A stretch of DNA of 64,000 nucleotides. Source: Gnetum montanum (Eukaryota; Plantae; Gnetophyta). Below the pieces are notes generated by a model that was not told the origin of the DNA, ran no database searches, and saw nothing but the letters and a program-made list of their open reading frames with translations. Made by a program: the position numbers and the translations under genes. Shown in pieces: positions 1 through 10,811 of the stretch. Numbering within the stretch: the first letter of the stretch is position 1; every line of letters begins with the position of its first letter. Location: assembly GCA_015680685.1 (NCBI GenBank), contig MNCI01000690.1:814615-878614 (forward strand). The letters run 5' to 3'.

Positions 1-1452
1 TCAGATGCATCAGTTTCTAAGATCAAGGTTCCATTGGTTGGTAATCGTAATTATGGAAGTTTAGTACATTGATCTTTTAGTCTCTGGACTGCATCAGTAT
101 GATGTTGGCTCCATGGTTGAGGGTTGTTTGTTAGCTGTTGGTTTAAAATTTTTCGATCTTTGGCAAGATCTTTGTAAAACCCCGACAGATAATTTAAACA
201 CCCTAGAAATCTTTGTAATTGTGTTTTGTCTGTTATGATATCAGGAAAATGTTTAATATCGGTTAAGATATGTTGTTGCAGACTAATATGTCCGTCTTTA
301 ATTACTACGCCTAGAAAATTTACTTCATCAACTGCAATTTGCATCTTCTTCTCAGATGGAGAAAGTACAAGACCATTTTGATCAAGTAATTCATATAAGG
401 TGTTGAGATGCTGTTGGTGTTCTTCTACCGTTTTTGACATAACTAAAATATCATCTATATATACTAGTATGAACGGATATTCTTTAAAGATATGATCCAT
501 ACAAGACTGGAAAATAGATGGGGCTGTTTTAATACCAAAAGGTAGAACAGTCCATTCGTATAGACCCTGAGGTACGGTAAAGGCGGTTTTCCAGCGATCT
601 TCATTGACTATTTGGATTTGCCAAAAACCACTTTTCAAATCAAATTTTGAATAAATATGAGTTCCTTGCAGGCGTTGGAAAAGATCATCTTTACTAGGGA
701 TCGGATGTTGTACTGATTTAATAATAGCATTAAGTGGTTTGTAATTAACTACTAACCGCTTCTTTCCCCTTGTTAGTTCAGCACGCTTGTTGACATAGAA
801 GGCAGCACAGGAAAACATGCTAGTACTAGGTTGGATCATTTTTTTCTCTAGGAGCTGTTTTATTTCCTGGGCACATTCTTCTTTTAATTGTGGGGACATC
901 CCAATATGATGAGCTTTTGACTGTGGTTGGATTCCATCCAATAACTCAATACGACACCAATGTTGTTTCTTATGTCGAAAGGCTGTTGGATCATCGCTCG
1001 CAACAGTGAGGAGTTTAGTGCGTAATTGTGCAAAGACCTCTTTGTGAGATTGGATGTGGTTAATAAGCCATTGCGTTTTTGGCACCTTATACTTTGTATG
1101 GGTAAACCTATTTACTGGAGTAAATGTTCTAGTAAATTTATGATTTCCTAATGTAACAAAATTAGTATGGATGGTGTATGGCTCGAGAATTGCTAGGTTG
1201 TCGACTCCTATAACCATATCATAAGAAAGCCAGTTGATAGCATTAACGTGTAATTCTAAGCGTTCAGAATTAGGTAAAAGTATTGGAAGAGAAAATACCC
1301 GGTTGACAGTTGTTGCCGTTTTGTTAAAACTAACAATTAATTTCTCCCTGGGTTTCCATAAGAAAGAAGGAATGATAGCTTCGTTTGCCAAGCTGACTTC
1401 TGCACCAGAATCTATTAAGGCATCGATGGGATAGGGTTTAAATCCTTAAAAG
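1..1452 (-). pseudogene. Endogenous pararetrovirus (Caulimoviridae) pol fragment: aspartic protease - reverse transcriptase - start of RNase H
   Basis: ORF 51-1391 plus upstream codons read F*GFKPYPIDALIDSGAEVSL (AP active site DSGA). RT motifs are caulimovirid-type: SMFSCAAFYVNKRAELTRGKKRLVVNYKPLN, YSKFDLKSGFWQI, YEWTVLPFGIKTAPSIFQ, VYIDDILV, QLQRFLGCLNY. After a TAA at 51-53 the frame continues LRLPTNGTLILETDAS (RNase H start) off the window edge. Confidence 0.9.
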
Positions 1453-2669
1453 TACCACCACCATCGTCCGCTAAGACGTTAAATTGGCATGATGCACCGA
1501 CCACAATCACAAAGAAACCTTTCATCATCAAGGTGCCACAACAAGCAAGTCAAACACCAACGACTCCTCCCAAACTACCATTTGTCATAAAGGTGCCACC
1601 ATGCGATGGCCCCTCACCTATCCAAAGCCCAACCGTAGGCAATGTCTCAACCTCTTCTTCCTCAAGAGTCAACCTTACTAACAATAAGGGTAAGCCTACC
1701 AAATGGCAGCAGAAGAGGACGAACAAATAGCAAACAACACCCATAGCTGAAGCAAAGGCCACACCTAGTACACATCAACCGAACACTGGAGGCCCTACCC
1801 CTAATCCCAAATAAACCAGGCCCAAACCCTCGACCCATACAGAGGCAACCAACACACCGGCAAACAACACAGACTTTGTAGCTACACTGGCCCAGGTGAA
1901 ACAAATGCTCAAACAAAAGAACACAACTATGAGCTTGTACGACCTAGTCATGACATCATCAGCTCATCGTGAAGCCTTAGCGCAAACGTTGGCATCCATT
2001 CCTATTACAGAGGACATTCCTGCTAACATGGAATTCATCCGTGCAACGATTTCACAACACACACCACAAGGATTAGGTTCAAACACCTTAGCCTTCCGCG
2101 ATGATGTAGTTAAATGTAACCCCAAATGAGGGGAAGTCACAATAGCTTCATTGATGATTAGCGTACGTGTTGGGTAGTGCACCATTCGCAGAGTGCACAT
2201 TGATGATGGTGCAACAACAAACATAGCTTTATACTCTGTCATCGACAAACTAGGCATGGCAGACGAGATCATGCCAGAAAAAACCACGTGTTTAAAATCC
2301 TTCAATGAATCACGTGTCACAGTTAAGGGCACAATCAACTTAGCCTTTTTGGTAGGAGAACAATTCCCCACCAACACCGAATTCACTTTCATAGAAGAGA
2401 TGCCAAGTTTCAACATGATTCTTGTTAGACATTGGCTAGCCCAACAATGGGTCTTTTGCTCACCAATACATCAAGAAATCCACCTTCCATACAAAGGTGG
2501 ACAAGTCATCATACATGGCGATAACATTCCCTTTCAAGCCATCCACAACATAGACATGTCACAAGTCTTGAAAGAAGAATCTCTTGATGGAACACCCATG
2601 GCAACAAATATAACACTTAGAGCTAAAACGCCCAAACGAGTGGTAAAAACCAAAAGCCTCCCAAAGTAA
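1453..2669 (+). pseudogene. gag: Gag C-terminal region and aspartic protease of element A (several stops)
   Basis: LKQKNTTMSLYDLVMTS, VHIDDGATTNI and FNMILVRHWL...SPIHQEIHLPY are homologous to the element F ORF 52056-53651. Confidence 0.85.
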
Positions 2670-2832
2670 CCAAAACCTAGCACGCCTCCTAGACCATGTC
2701 TAGCTAGGAAACAACCACACGATCAAGGCTCCCCTGTGGCCAAAAACACGTATGATCCCTGCCCACTCTTTACCTTTGTTTGTTGTGCATACGTCACCTT
2801 AGTTTGCATTGTATTAGCTTATGCGTTTGCAT

Positions 2833-2921
2833 GTGGCCTGAAAAGGCCTTAAACTAGCCTATGGCCCAAAAGCCCTTAAACTAACACATAGCCCGGATAG
2901 CCCGGAAAGGCCCTAAACTAC
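2833..2921 (+). repeat. Short post-protease tandem repeats with (GGCC)YTAAACTA core
   Basis: ggcctgaaaaggccttaaactag / ggcccaaaagcccttaaactaa / gcccggaaaggccctaaactac. Confidence 0.6.
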
Positions 2922-3052
2922 CGATTTTCGCATTATTTTCTATTTTTCTTGTGTATTTAGATTCTATTTTCAACAATTACTACTTGACATTGTGTCCTCT
3001 AGTTTCTTCTTTTGCAAGATCACCTAGACGTACGTGCATGCAGCCACACATT

Positions 3053-3436
3053 GTCCTGGCATCATGATGGTAAACTAATACCACAGATTCGTCCTGGCAT
3101 TATGACGATAAACTGATACCACAGAACGGTCCTGGCATCATGACCTAAAACTGATACCATTGAACGGTCCTAGCATCATGACCTAAAAATGATACCATAG
3201 AATGTCTTGGCATCATGATGGTAAACCGACACCACAGAGCTCTGTCCGACCTGATACTAAACTACCACACTCATTCACCAGAGTCCACTAAGACTATAAA
3301 CTGGCTAGCCTCTTCATAGTCCGCCACAACTATAAACTAGCATTGCACCATCCGCTACAATGATAAACTGGCAACGTCCAAAGGATTATGATGTAAAACT
3401 AATCCACAATAGTCTGCTAGGACTATAAACTGGTGA
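3053..3436 (+). repeat. 3' UTR tandem array (~38-bp units, then looser units) with TAAACTG core
   Basis: Repeated gtcctggcatcatgacNNtaaactgataccacaga, then tccgctaNgactataaactggc-type units. Confidence 0.8.
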
Positions 3437-4537
3437 CATCATCAACCGTACATGCTCACCAAGAACCTACCACCTGATTGGCCACATAGATCCTAATGAA
3501 ATGGATGCTGTTTGAAGATTTTGTTTGCCTTGAAACTCCACATGATGGCTCCATTCCATCAGCTATGTTCAAGTTTAAAGTGCTTTAGCTAACTAAATCA
3601 TTTTTGGTTCCCTTGTCCTCTTGGAGTTGTGCTTGCAGGATGACAAACTTGGGGCATTCGTACACAGATGCATTTCATCATGATGACAAGGTATCACATT
3701 CTTCCTGATGCCCACAGCTGGGTTCATCACTTTGTTCACAAGTACATTCCCTACTTCTAATACATCCTCTTTTCCTCATCATGCCTCCCTTATCCTATCC
3801 ATTTACATCTCCCTAATGCAATATTCACCCGAAGCTCTTAATACACCATTGTACACTACGATTCTCTGAGTAGTTGCAATGCAAAGCACAATACACAGTA
3901 CATGATGCAAACACAAGTGCATGAGCATAAGCATAGCACTAAAAGCAAGCTCTCAAAAAGGCCAAAAATAAAAAAAAATTAAAAAAAAACAAGCAAAAAA
4001 AGATCAAAGAGAAAAATACACAGAAAAGGTCTCCATGACCCCATGGACATCATAGACCAAAGATCATTGGTTCTTCTCATACAAGCCCTGGGTGAGAAGA
4101 TAATTGTCTTGAAAAAACACTCATGCCACAAATGATCATGTGGCAAATCATCACATGGCTTTCGTTGTTTACAACGGGCCCCCTTAAACATAACACAAGG
4201 GTTCCGTTTCTCCAAAGAATGCACCTCCAATGTCTTGGTTCTAAGTCTACTGAAAACCTGGCTATTGACAAAGACCAATGACACGACTTGCTCACGCGAG
4301 AGCACTCCTCTCCCACAATTCTGGCAACAATTATAATCCTCGATTACCTTTCAATTTCCCTGGTCATAACCAATTCCCTTCTTTCCCTAAACTACATTTC
4401 CCTCAACCCAATGTACTTTTGAGCACGGTGCAATGACATCCAGCTAGGGGCCGACGGACAATGCTTGGTACTTGGTTGTTCATGGTGTTTTGTACTTCTT
4501 TGTCGACACCTCTTGGGTAGATTCCTCCAGACGTCAA

Positions 4538-4547
4538 CAAAGAGGGG
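4538..4547 (+). other. Polypurine tract of element A
   Basis: cAAAGAGGGG followed by ccaa and the LTR start TGAAACACC at 4552. Confidence 0.85.
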
Positions 4548-4551
4548 CCAA

Positions 4552-6309
4552 TGAAACACCACAAAATTTCAGCTCAACACTTTGAAATGAGAACAATTCA
4601 GAGCCTCTTGAGTCTTGAGAAGAAAACTCTCGATTACGGAATGGAACTCAAGCCAGCTTGCCCATGCTGTAAAGCTACCTTGCTCCTAGGGTGAGTGACT
4701 CAAAACAGCCTCAAAAAAGTGTTAAAATGGCTTGATTTTGAAGGTACAAGTCACCCTAAAGGTCCACTAATGGTTACCCCAGGTTCCCAGCCCTCAAAAT
4801 CCTGATTTCGGGCTCGAAAATACACTATTTTCACTGCTTACGCCTAGCTCACACCCAGGTCACGCTGGAGCATGAGGCTAGCATGACCAAATAGAAACTA
4901 GACTAAACAAGCAGTCCCAAGCACAATTTCAACATCAACTTAGCATCAACTCAGCTCCTAAGGATAGGCAATAGTTCTACTTGTTAACAGGCTCTGAGAA
5001 AATCAAACTTTGGATGTAAAACATGGCATTTTGGCTTGGTTATGTCTAGGTCACACCTAGCTCACGCCCAGGTCATGCTGACAGCGTGAGCCCAATGTGA
5101 GTTACCAAAATGGCTCAAATCAAGCACAAACAGGCTCAAAATTAGCATCTAGGTGGCCCCCAAGGCCAAGTAGTAGTTACACTTGAGGGACAGGGCTCGA
5201 AAATTAGGATTTGATGCGAAATGAACCATTCCAACTAGCTCACACCTAGGTCATGCCCAAGTCATGCTGAGCATCATTCATCAGCGTGAGCACTATTCAC
5301 ACATAGAAAAAAGCACTCCAAATGCACATTGAGGACATGCCAGGACCAAATCAACTCATGCTGGGAGCCCTAATGAAGCAAAGATGCCTCAAACAACCAC
5401 CAAACCACTCAAATCGACATCCTACAGCTATCAGTTCAAAGGACCATGAAGTTTCAAGCGAGCTGGAGTCAATCCCTCTTGGAATTCATCATAAATTTTC
5501 ATTGTAAGCCTCACCATCTGTGAGCTTGTCAAGCTCTTACACTACTTCCATGGGCGTAAGCCAGCTTGCATTGTAAGATACAGTGTATCCAGTCCAAAAT
5601 GTAGTCTACCGACGTACACATGTCACGCAATCCATTTTTCTTTCATCTCGCAACCATCGATCTCATCCATTCCTACTCCCAGGCCTAGAAAAATGCATAA
5701 ACACCATGTTCATGGACATAAATGGGATTGGCAAAATTCGAAGCAAGAAAACAAGTAATCCTAAGCTCAAACGCACGTGATTCCCAGCGCCTGTAAACAC
5801 CTCGCATCGGAGCTTAACGTTTGACTTGCAACACAACTACATTTTGACCGGTGCACATCTTGTTGATTAATATAACATTGTTCATTATTTGCCATCCATT
5901 TTCCTATTCTAATTTACTTTTTGCATTGTTCCATTCCATTGCATATTCCTACATACATTCTGCTTACGTTACGTTTCATTACGTTTCGTTACATTTCTTT
6001 ACGTTTCGTTACGTTCTGTTACGTTTCGTTACATTCTATTACATTTCTTTACGTTTTGTTACATTCTGTTACGTTACTTTGTGTTACATCATTTTTCTCT
6101 GTTTCACGTTTCGTGATGATAACCCTAGCACAGGCAATAGCGTAGGCTCGGGGAAGTCCTTGGTTGATCTACGTACAAACCATCCAAGGCACTCTGCCTT
6201 CATTTTTCTGGCTTGCCCTCATGTAAAGGCAAGGTCATCTATGTCTCTCTGGAGATCTTTCGGCGTACATTTTTCCTTCAGCCTTACGCCGATGATTTCG
6301 GAAAGTACA
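4552..6309 (+). repeat. 3' LTR of element A
   Basis: Starts TGAAACACC after the PPT and ends GAAAGTACA. Homologous to the LTR at 37664-39102 (reverse complement). Confidence 0.85.
5964..6078. repeat. 10-bp tandem repeat (TTACGTTTCG)n inside LTR A
   Basis: About 11 degenerate copies. Only 1-2 copies at the homologous position of LTR E (~37885-37900). Confidence 0.8.
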
Positions 6310-8927
6310 GGTAACATCGTTGCACGGATGGATGTCTCATCTGCAAGGATGTCCTCCGTAACAGGAATGGATGCCAAGATTTTGGCCAATGGTTGGAAGT
6401 GACTAGATGAGGTCATGGCCAAGTCATACAAGCTCAATGTTGTGTTCTTTTTTTTGAGAGTTTGTTTCACCTAGGTTAGTGCAACTACGAAGTCTTTGTC
6501 ATTGGCTGTTGTGTTGGCCTTAATTTCCTCCATATGGCTTGAGAGACATATCTCTCGTGAAGGGGACTTGGGCTTGGCTTGCTTGGGGGTAGGGGACCTA
6601 GTGTTTGGTTGTTGCTTGTTTGTTGTGGCCTTTGCTTCAGCCATGGGGGGTCTCGAGGCAATCACTCATCCTCTTATGTTGCCATTTGGTAGGCCTACCT
6701 AGGTTGCTAGTGGGGTCGACCCTTGAGGAAGGAGAGATTAAGATATTTCCCACTACTGGGCTTCGGGTAGGTGAGGGGCCATCACGTTGTAGCACCCTTA
6801 TGACAAAGGGTAGTTTAGGAGTTGTTGTATGACCAACTCATTGTGGCACCTTGATAACAAAATGTTGCTTAGTGGTTGTTGTTGCATCATGCCAGTTTAA
6901 CGTCTTAGTGGATGGTTGCTGTGGAAATTTGATCACAAAGGGTGTTGGTGGTGCCCGAGGTGGCACTTTGATAACAAAGGGAGGCCTCTTGCTTGTGGAG
7001 GTGGAGGGGACTCTTGCCTTGCTTGTGGAGGTGGAGGTGGATCAGAAAAGGTTGTTACGTAGGTTTAGCCTTACCACCTATACTAATGGAATTTATGACA
7101 TAGGAGGCATCATCTGTGTTGGATTGACTCACTATGTTGATCACCAGTTGGCCACGTTCTATCATTCTCTGCAAGTCATCCTGTAAAGCACGATAGTTAT
7201 CTATATTGTGACCAGCCAATTGGTGGTAATGATAGTATTGGTCTAGCTTAAAGTGTTGTGGAACTGGGGGCTCATTTGGCACTGCTAAAGTGGGGTTCCT
7301 TAGTAGTTCGCAGTACCTATCATGTTTTTGGCAAGTAATTGTTGATACGTGTTTGTGTTGGATTTGCCCAGCTTTCAAGAGTTTCTCTAGTAGTTCAGAG
7401 GGTTGCATCAGTAGTGGTGTATACTTTGAGTAGTCCTTGCACTGAAAGTTGGGCCTTGGGGTAGCCCCTGTCAATGTAGGTGAGTTGGTACCGGAATTGG
7501 TGGTTTTGTCAGCTGGGGACTTGGGCTCCTTAGCTATTGGGCCCCAGTTGGTTTCTTTTGTGCTTGTGGCTACTGTTATCACTATTGTGTTTTTCTTGCA
7601 AGCATGTTGGTTTCTATAGGGCACATATGTTGGATCATTGCTAGCTTGCACTACTTCCTCTATGCCTTTTGTTTGGGGAAAGGCTTGGCTAAGAGACTTT
7701 AAGGCTAGATAATACAGTTTGGACTTGATGAAGTTATTCACTACACCTTTGAAGATAGCTAGTAGGTGCGTCTCTACTAAGGGTTCATGCATTTCACTCA
7801 ATGTAGCATTCCAACGTTGGAGGAATTTTGACATGGGCTCTAACGGCCCCTGCTTAACTTGCATCAACTAGTCGAGGGTTGCTTTAGGCTTTAGGTTGTA
7901 CCTGAAGTGCATCAAAAAATTTCTTATGAGATCCTCCAAAGAGGATATTGAGGCATTAGGTAATTCACAATACCAATCTAAGGCCTTGCTAGTAAGTGAC
8001 ATGGGGAAGACATGTACGATGGCATGTGGCCAAGCTTGAAGGAGTAGGAATTTAGATCGAAATGTGACCAAGCATACATTGGGATCCCCTTCTCTGTTGT
8101 ACTTGGTAAATTGAGGCAATTGGGCCCCAGTTGGAAGAGTTAGGGGTGGTACCATAGGACTTATGGTGTCGTCTCCATAGAATTCCACCACCTTGATGGT
8201 GTCGAAGGAGGTAGCCTTAAGTCAGTTGATCTCCTCTGTTAAGCTTTGGATTAGTTGAAATGCTTGATCCAAGCTTGGGGATGTGCTAGTCGGTTGCATT
8301 GGTTGGGCTTGTGTTGGTTGGATAGCATGGGGTTGAATTGTTGGTTGTGGAGTCTGCCAATTTAATGTCGTAGCGGACAGGTGTTGCCAGTTTAACGTTG
8401 TAGCAGACAATTGCTGATGTATTGGCTGAGTGATGGGTGTGGTAATTGTAGTGGGCCACACATGGGTGGGTTGGACAGACACCGTAGACATCGATGAGAC
8501 ATGCAGGATGTAGGATGCTCGAGTTGTTTGGAGCTAGGAGGTGGCCCCTACATGAGCATAGTATTAGGCAAATGCATTAGTTGCTTGCGATGAAGGCTGA
8601 ATTGGCATGGTTACTATCTCGGAGGGGATGGGTGGACCAAACCAAGGAGGGGTTGTACTAGGGAGTGGTTGTTGGAAGACGGTGTGGAGGGGGCTCTCAT
8701 GCTTGGGCCTCAAACTCATCTTCCTCCTTCTATGAGGCTTCCTTGTAGGTTGTTCTTGCATCATGCTTGTTCGCATGGATGAGTTGGGACAACAACTGGT
8801 AGTAGGACTCAATGAGTGGGATTATGTTAAACAAGGAGGGGTTGTACTCCTGTCTGTTCTGATGGACTCGTTTGTAGTTCTGTTTTACCTCTAAATCAAG
8901 GTAATTCACTGGATTAAGGACTACCAA
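6310..8927 (-). pseudogene. gag: Gag pseudogene of element B
   Basis: Retrotransposon gag core (PQFTKYNREGDPNVCL...VFPMSLTSKALDWY...FLMHFRYN), Zn-knuckle remnant YHYHQLAGHNIDNY, multiple premature stops. Confidence 0.85.
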
Positions 8928-9059
8928 CGTGGCTTAATTGTATTGTTCATGGCTTAATGTGGCATGCTTTGGCTGGATTATGGTATCAAATGTATTAGTC
9001 ACCAACGTGGAAGGTTGATCTGGATTCATATTCATAGATCAGGTTGTGAGAGTTGCTAG

Positions 9060-9262
9060 TTTCAGAAAATGACTAACTTTGAAAATAGTAGAAAAATGAC
9101 TAAGTTTATCAGTAGCAAGGAAATGGCCAAGTATAGAAATATAGAAAATGGCTAAGTGTAAAAATGCAGAAAAAAATGCTAAGTATGAAAATGCAAAAAT
9201 AAATGCTAAGTATTAAAATGCAAAAAAAATGCTAAGTATGACAACTGCTAAAAATGGCCAAC
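9060..9262. repeat. ~25-bp tandem repeats in the 5' UTR of element B
   Basis: Repeated aaaatgNctaagtatgaaaatgca-like units. Confidence 0.6.
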
Positions 9263-9468
9263 TCTGGTGTAGCATAACAGGGTGTTACACTATAGCGCTA
9301 TGCTGCACTGTAGCGTTCTAGTGTGCTATGCTATGCTATGCTACACAGTGTATGCCTACTATGCTACACCATGTACCACCCTGCTACGCTGCATGTGGTG
9401 CAGCTGCTATGCTATACAGAATAAGTCATAAAAGTTAAAAATGACACTTTACACAAACTTAAATCTGG

Positions 9469-9491
9469 GCCCTTCTTCTAGCGCAAAAAAT
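9469..9491 (-). other. Primer-binding-site-like sequence of element B
   Basis: Minus strand reads ...GCTACA|ATTTTTTGCGCTAGAAGAAGGGC immediately inside the 5' LTR. Matches the site after the 5' LTR of element D. tRNA not assigned. Confidence 0.65.
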
Positions 9492-10811
9492 TGTAGCGAC
9501 AGAAAATGTCGGTGGCTGGAAACACTGAGAAGTCTTCGGGTGCATAGCCTAACCCCAGATCCGCGTGAGGGCCATGCTAGAGAGAACGAATTCAAGGTGC
9601 CCTAAATGGTCTGGTTGATCAGATAGGGACTTAATTGGTGTACAATAATCCTTTTGCAAATAATGATTTTAAATGAAACATCTAGTGGTAAAATAAAAGA
9701 AAACGTAATGTGCACAACAGTAGAAATGTGCTAAAGCACGTAACGGGATAGTGGACATGATTGAACATTTAACAATGCCAAAAAATAAATGTTGTAATGA
9801 AACAAAAAGAGAGTTTGAATAGGAAGATGCACCGCCTTGAAAAAAGGGTACAGGTATACAGAGTGTACAATAGACGCAGTAGGAGCGCAGTCATAGCCTC
9901 AGTAGTATCAGGCTGTGAAATATGGTACTCACTGTGATAAACTATGCCTGTTGGATTGGTAGTCATGGTGTATTGTGCAATGTTCCACTAGGCTGCAATG
10001 GGGTTGTAGTATACCGTGTGGTGTAGTTCTGCCTCTCTGTCGGTGTGTTGTACTGTGAGTCTTGTTCGCCCATGAAGCTAAGTGCCAAGATGCCAAAATG
10101 CCAAATGCCAAAAATGGAAGTGCCAACTACCTTATTGATGAAGAAATGGAAGCCTCCCTCTTTTTCCTTTCTTTTTCTCTCTTTTCTCAAAAGAGGGTGA
10201 GCAGGGGCATTTATAGGGCTAGGGTTAGCCCAAAATGCAAATCAGGTGCCATGTGGCAGTGCAGTGGGTGGGACCATGTTGTCTGCTACACTCGTCCCAT
10301 GTTACGCGTGGGACACAGGACGCTAGTTGTTACTATCTACTGTGCTCGTCCCATGTTACACATGGGACACGGGACACTGGCTGCAATGTTGGACATGGTG
10401 CTATGCTACAGTATACATGGGTGTTACGTAGTGTTACGAAGCATAACAATGTGTTACGTAGCATATCAGGGTGTTATGTAGCATAACAGGGTGTTACGCT
10501 ACGCAGTGTAATAGGGTGTTATGCTATGTTATGCTATGTAGCGTAACAGTGCGCTACACTATGCTATGCTACACAATGTAACAGGGTGTTATGCTACACT
10601 ACGCTATGCAACATAACAGTGCGATACGCTATGCTACGCTACACAGGGTACAGAAGTGCCATCATTCTAACACTTAGAGAAATTTTGCAAATCTAGCAGT
10701 TGGAGCTGACTACACTCAACACTTGGAAAAATATGGGCAAAGTGCCACCATTTTGACACTTGGCCATATTTGCAGTCATGATGCTGAGACCCTAAATTTT
10801 GTGGTGTTTCA
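9492..10811 (-). repeat. 5' LTR of element B
   Basis: Minus-strand termini TGAAACACCACAAAA...GTCGCTACA. Contains AACCCTAGCCCTATAAAT (TATA, ~10208-10225) and CTACGCT/CTATGCT repeats at 10400-10650. Confidence 0.85.

Larger units (their letters stand above)
1453..6309 (+). mobile_element. Element A: 5'-truncated, pol-less Tat-type Ty3/gypsy LTR element (gag C-terminus, protease, 3' UTR, PPT, 3' LTR); same family as element E
   Basis: Gag-PR remnants at 1453-2669 are followed directly by a 3' UTR homologous to 39119-40600 (reverse complement), PPT at 4538-4547 and LTR at 4552-6309. It is inserted in gag-PR of element B, whose sequence resumes at 6310. Confidence 0.85.
6310..10811 (-). mobile_element. 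Element B: 5' part (5' LTR, PBS, 5' UTR, gag) of a Tat-type Ty3/gypsy element, interrupted by element A
   Basis: LTR 9492-10811, PBS-like site 9469-9491, decayed gag 8927-6310. The right flank (10812 onward) is gag of element C. Confidence 0.85.

Noticed and set aside
51-1391. Ty3/gypsy pol or a bacterial RT (retron, DGR)
   Set aside because: The motifs and compact AP-RT-RH layout are caulimovirid-type and unlike the neighbouring Tat RTs.
5851-6402. Hydrophobic 183-aa ORF as an env-like membrane protein
   Set aside because: It is the translation of a T-rich 10-bp repeat inside LTR A and crosses the A/B insertion junction.
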